A DNA stretch of 64,000 nucleotides, taken from an uncultured Rhodobacteraceae bacterium. Its GTDB lineage: Bacteria > Pseudomonadota > Alphaproteobacteria > Rhodobacterales > Rhodobacteraceae. A program made the position numbers and the translations under genes. Location: positions 4,125-68,124 of the forward strand of contig CANNFQ010000018.1 of the NCBI GenBank assembly GCA_947503925.1. The letters run 5' to 3'. Numbering within the stretch: the first letter of the stretch is position 1; each line of letters opens with the position of its first letter. This document shows positions 37,501-45,330 of this stretch, piece after piece. The notes beneath the pieces were generated by a model. That model saw only the letters and a list, made by a program, of their open reading frames with translations, did no database searches and was not told the DNA's origin.

Positions 37501-39229
37501 CCTGGCAGAGACCCGCGATCAGGCGCGCGAGATTGCCCGTGAACCGATGAAGGATTACCTGCGCTCTGCCGCCGGGCTGATCAAGCAATATGCCTGGGCC
37601 TTCCCCGCTTTCAAGAAGCCGCAAGGGGTCGAAAACCCGATGCAGCTGGATCTGGGGTCGCTGGAAGAGGAAGAGCTGGAAGGCATCCTCGATTTCGCAT
37701 TCGAGCGTTATTTCAACGATAGCGGCCTTTTTGGCACGGTTGAGGATGCAATGGCGCGTGTCGCGCAGGTCAAGGAAATCGGCGTGACCGAAATTGCCTG
37801 TCTCATTGATTACGGCATCGATGTGGATCATGTCATGGAGGGCCTCAAGCCGCTGGCCGAGGTGGTCAAACAGGCCAATGCAGATACCGGGCTGGCCGAT
37901 GATGACTATTCCATTGCCGCCCAGATTGCCCGCCACAAGGTCACCCATCTGCAATGCACCCCGTCCATGGTGCAGATGCTGGTGATGAATGATGAGGCAC
38001 GTGCCGCCTTGGCCGGACTGGATCATATGATGGTCGGGGGTGAGGCATTGCCTGGTGCGCTGGCTGATGAGTTGCGTGAGTTGACCGGGGGCCATGTGGA
38101 AAACATGTATGGCCCGACCGAAACCACGATCTGGTCCACCACCCAGACCGCCACAGCCGGTCAGGGGGCCATTCCCATCGGCACCCCGATTACCAATACG
38201 CAAGTCTATGTGCTGGATGATGACCTGCAGCCCGTCCCCGTGGGTGTGCCCGGCACGCTTTATATTGGTGGTGCTGGCGTCACCCGTGGCTATTTCGAAC
38301 GCCCCGATCTGACAGAAGAACGGTTTATTCCTGATCCGTTCCATGCAGATGGGGGACGGATGTATAATACCGGCGATCTGGTGCGCTGGCGTCCCGATGG
38401 TGCCCTTGATTTCCTTGGCCGGGCCGATTTTCAGGTCAAGCTGCGCGGCTACCGGGTCGAGCTGGGCGAGATCGAAGCGGTGATTGATGAATTTGCAGGC
38501 GTCCAGCAATCGGTTGTTGTTGCCCGTGAAGACACGCCCGGTGTGGTCCAGCTTGTGGGCTATCTGCTGGGCGATGCGGGTATCGATCAGGCCGCCTTGC
38601 GCGCCCATATGCTGGAAAGGCTGCCCGATTACATGGTGCCGCGCCATTTTGTACCGCTGGATGCTTTCCCCCTGACCCCCAACAAGAAGGTGGATCGCAA
38701 GGCTCTGCCTGCCCCGCAGATCGGGCAAGCTGCTGTCACCGCCCCGAAACCGGCCCCTGCGGCGGATGCGCCTGCCCCCACGGTAACGCCTGCGGCCAAT
38801 ATGGGATCCGCCGCCGAGATTACGGCGGCGATCAGTGCCATCTGGTCGCGTATCCTTGGCGTCCCACAGATCAGCCCGAAAGACAGTTTCTTTGATCTGG
38901 GCGGGCATTCATTGCTGGCGGTGCAGGCGCATCGCGAGATCCGCAAGGATCTGGGTGTCGCCAAATTGTCGATCACCGATATCTTCCGCGCGCCCACGCT
39001 TGAGGCGCTGAGCACCATCGTCGCCAAGAAGACTGGCGGCGGGGTTGCCCCTGCGCCGCGCCCTGCGGCACCCACGGCTCCGACTACACCCACGGCCCCC
39101 GCACCCTCTGGCCCGGCAGAACCGGCCCCGGCGGCTGCCGCATCGGCAGAGCCTGCCCCCGGCGGCAATGCCCGCAGTGACGCCATGGCGCGCCGCCGTG
39201 AAATGCGGGCGCGTCGGCAAAACCGGTGA
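34583..39229 (+). CDS. NRPS-like protein: formyltransferase - adenylation domain interrupted by luciferase-like monooxygenase - PCP
   Basis: F: NFHDGPLPRYAG, GVDEG. A: YMIYTSGSTGRPKG, SFDIS, NMYGPTE, MYNTGD, QVKLRGYRVELGEIE, NKKVDRK. LLM insert: WTPERHFHAFGGPYPNPS (about 36806-37875). PCP: LGGHSL. Confidence 0.95.
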   Translation: MSQFSAVIIGNESLAIQCAEMLREGGHDLQAVITRNPDIQSWADAAGITSYTADADLTEALSGHRFDWLLSIANLDMIPDAVLALPARGAVNFHDGPLPRYAGLNAPVWALLGGEVEYGISWHMISGGVDEGALLAQQFFDIAPDETTLTLNTKCYGAAIESFPTVMGKLAQADPVLTAQDLSQRSYFAKNDRPAAAGRLDFTKTARNITTLVRALDHGTYWNPLTCPKFEAGGKVWLVSSAMAGHAAADSPAGTVLAVEDDSLTVASATAPVTLGGLRDATGAPVSASAIAAVGDTLPSPDADMAAALTAALKATLKSEPQWRARLERMTPASLPLIDLAAEAGEVTKTPLAGDPGDLRRAMAALALGLNENADVTLALHLGDAHPGYLNSWGPVSAADLDDSIANAQALGPFAADLIARTPGLDRPVTPALGLSDATHITGTALTLGGQTLFADTGKITPDAVTLMADRLAHMAAQIAKGDVPTLLTEAERQKVLFDWNATKVDFPESQCIHQAFEAQVARTPDAEALSFEGESLTYAQLNARANEMAHILMGMGVGPDAIVGLHLPRSSALLIAALAIMKAGGAYLPMDPAYPADRTALYISDSKTQIIVTDTALAAALPDTDAKVLAADDLPDAPSSDNPDSAVTSANLAYMIYTSGSTGRPKGVMVEHRNVANFFTGMDARIAHDPAGVWMAVTSLSFDISVLELFWTLARGFKLVISGDESRALVAGDSTASTGAMDFSLYYWGNDDGVGRDKYRTLLEGAQFGDKHGFCAVWTPERHFHAFGGPYPNPSVTGAAVAAVTKNLAVRAGSCVAPLHHTARIAEEWAVIDNITNGKTGLAIASGWQPDDFILRPENTPPKNKPAMFEQIRDLRKLWSGEKVAFPRADGEMHEVLTQPRPVSKKLNVWVTTAGNPETWKEAGRNGCNVLTHLLGQSVDEVGEKITLYHAALREAGHDPADFTVTLMLHSFLAETRDQAREIAREPMKDYLRSAAGLIKQYAWAFPAFKKPQGVENPMQLDLGSLEEEELEGILDFAFERYFNDSGLFGTVEDAMARVAQVKEIGVTEIACLIDYGIDVDHVMEGLKPLAEVVKQANADTGLADDDYSIAAQIARHKVTHLQCTPSMVQMLVMNDEARAALAGLDHMMVGGEALPGALADELRELTGGHVENMYGPTETTIWSTTQTATAGQGAIPIGTPITNTQVYVLDDDLQPVPVGVPGTLYIGGAGVTRGYFERPDLTEERFIPDPFHADGGRMYNTGDLVRWRPDGALDFLGRADFQVKLRGYRVELGEIEAVIDEFAGVQQSVVVAREDTPGVVQLVGYLLGDAGIDQAALRAHMLERLPDYMVPRHFVPLDAFPLTPNKKVDRKALPAPQIGQAAVTAPKPAPAADAPAPTVTPAANMGSAAEITAAISAIWSRILGVPQISPKDSFFDLGGHSLLAVQAHREIRKDLGVAKLSITDIFRAPTLEALSTIVAKKTGGGVAPAPRPAAPTAPTTPTAPAPSGPAEPAPAAAASAEPAPGGNARSDAMARRREMRARRQNR

Positions 39230-39864
39230 GCCATGATGCGCTTGCTGGGGCCCTGCGCGCTTTGCTGGGCCCTGCTGTCGGGATTGGAGTCACCGATCCG
39301 GCGGATGCGATTGATGATCTGTGGGAGGTCGAAAACCCTGCCATGGCCCGGGCGATCCCCAAACGCCGATACGAGTTTGCCGCTGGCAGGCGCGCGGCCC
39401 GCGCGGCCATGGCCGTCCTTGGCCTGCCGCCTGCCGCGATCCGCCAAGGTTCTGACCGGGCGCCGGTCTGGCCTGCCGGGCTGACAGGGTCGATTGCCCA
39501 TTGTGAGACGGTTTGCATCGCAGCCGCCAGCCCGCACCACCGCAGCATCGGGATTGATATCGAACCGGCGGATGATTTGCCCGCAGATTTGATCACGATC
39601 ATCTGCACCGATGCGGAACAGGCATGGTTGCCCCAAACCGGGCGCGGGCGCGTGGCCAAACAGATATTCAGCGCCAAGGAGGCTGTCTATAAGGCCCAAT
39701 ACCCGCTGACCGGGCGGATCATCGGGTTTGATGACCTGGATTTATCGCCTGCGGGGGATGGGTGCCTTGCCATTACATTCACCGATCCCGCAATGCCTGC
39801 CGCATTACAATCTGTCACCTTCACCGAGGTGGAAAATATGATCATTTCCGCTTGCAAATGCTGA
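39226..39864 (+). CDS. 4'-phosphopantetheinyl transferase (EntD-like)
   Basis: KRRYEFAAGR, PVWPAGLTGSIAH, IGIDIE, FSAKEAVYKA. Confidence 0.92.
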   Translation: MSHDALAGALRALLGPAVGIGVTDPADAIDDLWEVENPAMARAIPKRRYEFAAGRRAARAAMAVLGLPPAAIRQGSDRAPVWPAGLTGSIAHCETVCIAAASPHHRSIGIDIEPADDLPADLITIICTDAEQAWLPQTGRGRVAKQIFSAKEAVYKAQYPLTGRIIGFDDLDLSPAGDGCLAITFTDPAMPAALQSVTFTEVENMIISACKC

Positions 39865-39935
39865 ACGCCCTACTGGATTTTCACCCGCCCGCATTTACGT
39901 AACGCCATATATTATTGTTCTGATAGGTCCTGATC

Positions 39936-40877
39936 ATGTTGCAGCGTCTGAAGCTTATTTACATCGCCCCGATTGTGCTGGTGCTTGGCGCCTTCGGGAT
40001 CTGGACGCGTTTTGCTGTTCCTGCCCCGCTGGATGCGGAGCGCACGGATGCGCTTTATACCAATCCGGCCCCTGCCCCGGCAGGTTCGATGAAAGTGCTA
40101 CATCTGGGCCATAGCCTTGTCGGCTATGATGTGCCCGCAATGCTGACGCAACTGGCCGAGGAGGGCCATGATTATCACAGCCAGCTTGGCTGGGGGACAT
40201 TTCTGAAAGCCCATTGGGACGAGGACCACCCGCGCAAGGGCTTTGCGGAATCCAATGTGCATCCGCAATTCCGCGACGGGCATGAGGCGCTGGCATCGGG
40301 GGATTACGATGCCGTTGTGCTGACCGAGGCCGTCGAGATCCGGGATTCCATCAAATATATGGAAAGCCCCAAGATGCTGCATAACCTGACCGACAAGGCC
40401 CGGGCAAACCGGCCTGATGTGCGTGTCTATTTCTATGAAACCTGGCATCCGCTGAATGATCCCGAAGGCTGGCTGACCCGGATCGATCGCGATCTGGAAA
40501 AATACTGGGAAACCGAAATTCTGCGCCGGGCGCTGAATTACGAAAAAGACCCGCAGCCGGTCTATATGATCCCTGGCGGCCAGGTCATGGCCCGCCTGAC
40601 CCGCCATATCGAGGAAAGCGGCGGGGTTGGCCCGCTCAACACCCGCGAAGATCTGTTTTCAGATGATATCCATTTCAATGATTACGGCGCCTATCTGATG
40701 GCACTGACCCATTATGCGGTGCTGTACCAACGCTCCCCCGTTGGGCTGCCCCATGCGTTGCGCAAGGCTGATGGCACCCCCGCCGATGATCCCGGTCCCG
40801 AGGCCGCACAGCTGATGCAAGAGATCGTCTGGCAGGTTGTCACGGGCTATCCCAAGACCGGTGTACCGCAAAATTGA
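39936..40877 (+). CDS. Membrane-anchored SGNH/GDSL-like hydrolase or acyltransferase
   Basis: N-terminal TM; LHLGHSL (block I Ser), FYETW, DDIHFN (block V Asp-His). Confidence 0.65.
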   Translation: MLQRLKLIYIAPIVLVLGAFGIWTRFAVPAPLDAERTDALYTNPAPAPAGSMKVLHLGHSLVGYDVPAMLTQLAEEGHDYHSQLGWGTFLKAHWDEDHPRKGFAESNVHPQFRDGHEALASGDYDAVVLTEAVEIRDSIKYMESPKMLHNLTDKARANRPDVRVYFYETWHPLNDPEGWLTRIDRDLEKYWETEILRRALNYEKDPQPVYMIPGGQVMARLTRHIEESGGVGPLNTREDLFSDDIHFNDYGAYLMALTHYAVLYQRSPVGLPHALRKADGTPADDPGPEAAQLMQEIVWQVVTGYPKTGVPQN

Positions 40878-41458
40878 GGCGATTCGAGACCGCTGTAGAA
40901 CAAGGCGTAGTTGTCCGCATCTTGTTGCGGTAACGGCACGCCCGATCTTTGTTCTCTATCCCTACACAATGTGGGTCGAGTCGTGTGGACCGTTTCCGGG
41001 AGCCGACAACTTTTCCGATAGAAGCTGCGGCATGCACAGCCTCACCTTGCGTCATGGGCAAAATCTTGCCCATTCGCGAGCGAGTTATCGCTAACTTTGT
41101 CAACGCTCTTAAAACAAAAAATCCCATATTTTTTAGGGAAATTCAAATGATTAGGCCTGTATAAATTTCTATGAGCGCCTTTTCACCGACACAATTCAGC
41201 CATATCGGTTGCAAGCTTTTGACCCCAGATGTTCCTTGTTGCCAATTCTGCTAACTAATCCGTATCAAACAGGTGCGATATGTCGAAACTTTCCTTACCC
41301 GGGAACCAACCCAACCGGAAATCACCACCATAAACGAAGGCTAAAGACAGATCGGCCAAAAGGGACCATGGCCGTGCGCGTGCTCACACCAGTTAGATCA
41401 AAACCAATCGGGACTTCTCTTTCTACCTCACTCACCCACTCACAAACGAACATAAGGT

Positions 41459-44400
41459 TTGGCTCACATGTCCTCTAGCGACAGAAACCTCTCAGCTCTC
41501 CTCGCCGCTGGCCTTGACCGTAATACGGCCTCCAAGGGGCCTGCATTTGATATCACCACGCCGGGCTTTGCAGCGAAATTCTTTGCGCTGGACGGTATGG
41601 TTTCGTCACTTGATGAGATCGATTTCTCGGCTGATCCTGATGCAACAGCAATCGTCAATGACATCGATTACCGGGGTGATGGCTCTTTCTGGCTTGGCGG
41701 TCCGGCCGATATGTTCGCCGCACAGTATGAAGGCACATTGACGGTGGAGACGGCGGGCGAATACCGCTTCAATCTGAATTCCGATGATGGGTCATCCCTG
41801 TCAATCGGTGGCAATGAAGTCATCGACAATGATGGTTTACATGCTGCGATGACCGAAACGGCAACGATCTATCTGGAGGCTGGCACACACCGGATTGATC
41901 TGCGCTATTTCGAGGCCCGTGGTGGACAGACGCTGCAACTGGACTGGGCCGGGCCCGACACCAATGGCGCGATGACACGCTTGGATGGTGACCATGTCAC
42001 CCATGAGATTGACCAGTTCATCATCGCCAACCAATCCTACAAGGCCCGCAGACGCGACAGTTTTGATTTTGAATGGACCGGCGGCAAGGGCGACGCATCC
42101 AAACCTACGACGCCGGAACCAACACCTGATCCGGAGCCAACACCTGATCCGGAGCCAACACCCGATCCGGAACCAACGCCTGATCCGGAGCCAACACCCG
42201 ATCCGGAACCAACGCCTGATCCAGAGCCAACACCTGATCCAGAGCCAACGCCTGATCCAGAGCCAACGCCTGATCCAGAGCCAACGCCTGATCCAGAGCC
42301 AACGCCTGATCCGGAGCCAACGCCTGATCCGGAACCAACGCCTGATCCGGAACCAACGCCTGATCCGGAACCAACGCCTGATCCGGAACCAACGCCTGAT
42401 CCGGAGCCAACGCCCACACCAACCCCGCCAACCGGCGAAGATCAGGGCGGCGATTCCAGCGGTGGCGGCACCGGGGAAGAGGTGCCAACCAGTTCCGGCT
42501 CTTATTCGGTGGCAGGTGGCCGGGTCACAACCCTGGCCGTTGATAACCTAGACAGCGTCGCGAATATCCGCATCATCAATGGCCCCGATCACGGGACCCT
42601 GACAGTGAACCCGGATAATACGATGGCACTTGTGCTGAGCATGGAGCATGAGTTCAACGGTGCGCTCGATATCAGCTATGAGGTGACCTATAACGACGGG
42701 TCAGCCCGGATCTTCAATGACGATATCCAGGTCGCACGCACGACCCAGGATAAAGGCTGGGGTGACGGTACGTTCTACATGCTGGAAACCGATGCCAGCG
42801 ATGATGTGATCGTCGAAACCGGTGATAACCACCGCAAGGTGTTCATTTCCGGCGATGATGATGCGCTGAGCCTGGCCGATATCGCGGCCCTGGAAGGCAT
42901 TTCCGTCGGTCAGATCGACCGCAGATGGATGAGCGAGCATCAGGAATATGGTGCCACCGAGGGCATGGCCCTGGATGCCCAGGCCGGTATGATGATGTGG
43001 TATGCCATCACTGGTGTTGGCACCGATCCGTCATCGCATTGGCTGATGTTCGAACGCGGCTATGAATATAATAACCTTGGCCGTGTCATCGACAGTGGCA
43101 CATTGGGTGAAGATCCGCTGCACCCGATCCATATTACCGCTTATGGTGAAGGCGACCGGCCGACCATTAACTCGACCATCACCACGACACAGGTTGATAG
43201 CCAGAACATCGTCTTTTCCGATCTGGAACTGACGGCTGGCTTCTCATCCTTAGGTGGTGAGAACATGTTGATGCATAACATGGATATCAGCAACAATTCC
43301 GCTGAGGCCCATACCGGGATGGGGCTGAATGTCGTCCGGGTTGACGGCTTTACGCTGCATAATTCCTCTGTCACGGATACATACCGTCCGGATCAGGCAG
43401 GCAGCACATGGGGTGTGCATCACACATCTGGCGCGCATATCGCCGAAAATGATGGCGTTCTGATCGAAGGCACATTGTTTGACCGCAACGGTTTTGCCGA
43501 AGACTGGCGCACTGATGCCTCCACCGCGGGCGGCCAGGCGCCGACGCAATTTGTCCATAACATCTATGTGCAGGACAATGTGGATGACTTCACCCTGCGC
43601 GACAGCATCCTGATGCAAGGTGGTTCAATCGGGGCCAAGATCCGCACCGGTGGTTTCCTTGAAGACAATGTCATCATCGAGGCCAATGTTGCTGCCTCCT
43701 TGCTGGGTGGTGTGCCATCTGACCAGAATGGCATCCGGACCGGGAATTTCACCCTTGCCACGGATAACGTGATCACATCCGCCGGACACCGGCAGCGTGA
43801 TGACCAGTCTAACGGGGCGCTTTCACGCGGGATCGACAATGCGGGGATGGATACTGTTCTGCTGGACAATATCATCGCCCATCTGGCCGACCCGAATAAT
43901 GCCGCTGAACAGGCTGAAAAGACGACGATCAGCGAGTCGCAGAACAACTTCCTTGATACGCCCTATTTCGACGATACCACTGTCTTTAACTGGGATAATG
44001 ACAAGAATGTCGAAGGTCTTGATCAGAATATTCTGAACGCCACCACGATCCAGATCTTTACCCAGCAGCTCTTGGGTAATGCGAATGCGACCATTGCTGA
44101 TCTGGCTGATTTCCTGCGCGCCCAGGCCTTTGGCGAGCTGGACACAGTGGTTGATGCCGATCTGATCATTGCTTTCTTCCAGGCCGGGTTTGGCCTGTCA
44201 GTCGATGCCCGCCTGACGGCGGAAACCCTGCGCTTTGTCCCCAATGATCTGGGCGACGGGATCCGCTGGGATAACCGCCTGAACTGGAGCACCGAAGACC
44301 TGCCCGGCACGATCAACGGCGATTCCGTTGATCTGGGCGGCAACTGGATCAATTACGGTGGCACCAACACGCTGAACAATCTCGATTTCGGCTCTGGCGG

Positions 44401-45145
44401 GACATTGAATGTCACCCATGGCCGCCTGAATGTCGAAGGGCAGACGATGGCTGGGGCCGATGGTGCAACGCTGAATATCAGCGATGCCGGGCAGATCTGG
44501 GTTGATGGCTATACCGACAGCGACATGCTGGATGTGAATGTTGATGGCGGCCGCTTTGCCAATACCGGGCTGTATCACGGTGCAACCGATATGAATGTCA
44601 CCGATGGTCAGGCGATCTTGGCCACGGGCGGGGCTGATTTCATCCTGCGGGCCGGCAGCACGCTGGAAGTGACCGGCGATGACGGCAAAACTGGCTTTGA
44701 CGGCGACAATGGCGGCACTGCCGTCTTGTTGCTGGATGACGATTCCACATTGCGCTTTGACGTGGAGGACGGTGAGCTTGGTATCATTTCGGAGTTCCGC
44801 TCTGGTGCCTTTGGTGACGGCCCGAATGTCCAATCCGGTGTCAATCTGGGTGACAGCACGCTGGAGCTGGACCTGTCCGGCCGCGGCAGCACGATCACCT
44901 CTGACGTGTTAATCGAAGTGGATGATCTGATTGGCCAGTTTGCGGATATCGACGTGACAGGCCTTGCCAGCAACCGCAATGCCGAAGTGGTCATCGATTA
45001 TAATACCGATACGGTCACCCTGAATGTTACTGCCGGGTCCGGCCAAAGCACGATCCGCACCGTTGGTGACGAAGAAAATGCCCGTTCCAATGGTGATCTT
45101 TGGAATGCCCTGAATGACGGGCATGGGGTCTTTGATCTGGGGTAA
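41459..45145 (+). CDS. Large secreted-type protein: PA14 - (PEPTPD)n linker - Ig/cadherin-like - beta-helix
   Basis: PA14 motif YRFNLNSDDGS..IDNDGLH..YFEARGG; Pro/Thr linker; GPDHGTLTVNPDNT cadherin-like repeat; HNIY-containing beta-helix. Start may be ATG 41468. Confidence 0.8.
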   Translation: MAHMSSSDRNLSALLAAGLDRNTASKGPAFDITTPGFAAKFFALDGMVSSLDEIDFSADPDATAIVNDIDYRGDGSFWLGGPADMFAAQYEGTLTVETAGEYRFNLNSDDGSSLSIGGNEVIDNDGLHAAMTETATIYLEAGTHRIDLRYFEARGGQTLQLDWAGPDTNGAMTRLDGDHVTHEIDQFIIANQSYKARRRDSFDFEWTGGKGDASKPTTPEPTPDPEPTPDPEPTPDPEPTPDPEPTPDPEPTPDPEPTPDPEPTPDPEPTPDPEPTPDPEPTPDPEPTPDPEPTPDPEPTPDPEPTPDPEPTPDPEPTPTPTPPTGEDQGGDSSGGGTGEEVPTSSGSYSVAGGRVTTLAVDNLDSVANIRIINGPDHGTLTVNPDNTMALVLSMEHEFNGALDISYEVTYNDGSARIFNDDIQVARTTQDKGWGDGTFYMLETDASDDVIVETGDNHRKVFISGDDDALSLADIAALEGISVGQIDRRWMSEHQEYGATEGMALDAQAGMMMWYAITGVGTDPSSHWLMFERGYEYNNLGRVIDSGTLGEDPLHPIHITAYGEGDRPTINSTITTTQVDSQNIVFSDLELTAGFSSLGGENMLMHNMDISNNSAEAHTGMGLNVVRVDGFTLHNSSVTDTYRPDQAGSTWGVHHTSGAHIAENDGVLIEGTLFDRNGFAEDWRTDASTAGGQAPTQFVHNIYVQDNVDDFTLRDSILMQGGSIGAKIRTGGFLEDNVIIEANVAASLLGGVPSDQNGIRTGNFTLATDNVITSAGHRQRDDQSNGALSRGIDNAGMDTVLLDNIIAHLADPNNAAEQAEKTTISESQNNFLDTPYFDDTTVFNWDNDKNVEGLDQNILNATTIQIFTQQLLGNANATIADLADFLRAQAFGELDTVVDADLIIAFFQAGFGLSVDARLTAETLRFVPNDLGDGIRWDNRLNWSTEDLPGTINGDSVDLGGNWINYGGTNTLNNLDFGSGGTLNVTHGRLNVEGQTMAGADGATLNISDAGQIWVDGYTDSDMLDVNVDGGRFANTGLYHGATDMNVTDGQAILATGGADFILRAGSTLEVTGDDGKTGFDGDNGGTAVLLLDDDSTLRFDVEDGELGIISEFRSGAFGDGPNVQSGVNLGDSTLELDLSGRGSTITSDVLIEVDDLIGQFADIDVTGLASNRNAEVVIDYNTDTVTLNVTAGSGQSTIRTVGDEENARSNGDLWNALNDGHGVFDLG
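42113..42412 (+). repeat. In-frame 18-bp tandem repeat, 16 full units plus a partial 17th (PEPTPD)
   Basis: Units CC[G/A]GA[A/G]CCAAC[A/G]CC[T/C]GAT counted directly. Confidence 0.97.
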
Positions 45146-45172
45146 CCCACGCGACCGGTTCGCCAAAACAGG

Positions 45173-45201
45173 GACTCGCCTTTTCAGGCGGGTCTTTTTT
45201 T
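45173..45201 (+). terminator. Rho-independent terminator
   Basis: GACTCGCCT-TTTC-AGGCGGGTC stem followed by a T7 run, just downstream of the PA14 gene stop. Confidence 0.85.
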
Positions 45202-45330
45202 GGTGTGCCCGCGCCATGTTCTGAAAATACCAATCACCTTGGACCGTGCCCGACATGCGGCTATACATGCGCCCAGATGTACAGGATAGCCCTGCCAGAT
45301 ATCGCCATACCATTGTTTTAAGTAGGTTTT

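Noticed and set aside
37121-38908. 595-aa minus-strand ORF (and 38629..39699, 356 aa)
   Set aside because: Antisense shadows of the well-supported NRPS/PPTase; no recognisable motifs; long antisense frames are common in GC-rich genes.
27112-39864. Reading the PKS/NRPS as a classical antibiotic or siderophore cluster
   Set aside because: One module each, no C domain, and no exporter, receptor, resistance or pathway-regulator genes; context is entirely glycan biosynthesis. Judged less likely, not excluded.
41054-41073. GGGCAAA hairpin as c-di-GMP-I riboswitch
   Set aside because: Lacks the GAAA tetraloop stem and downstream GACGCAAAGCC / receptor elements.
42113-42412. Possible CRISPR array
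   Set aside because: Head-to-tail repeats without unique spacers, inside a CDS, and no cas genes.
41985-42551. Alternative-frame repeat ORFs (QRLIRS-type, antisense GSGV-type and PDQAL-type)
   Set aside because: By-products of the 18-bp repeat, which has no stops in several frames; only the PEPTPD frame is continuous with the PA14 domain and variation is synonymous in that frame.
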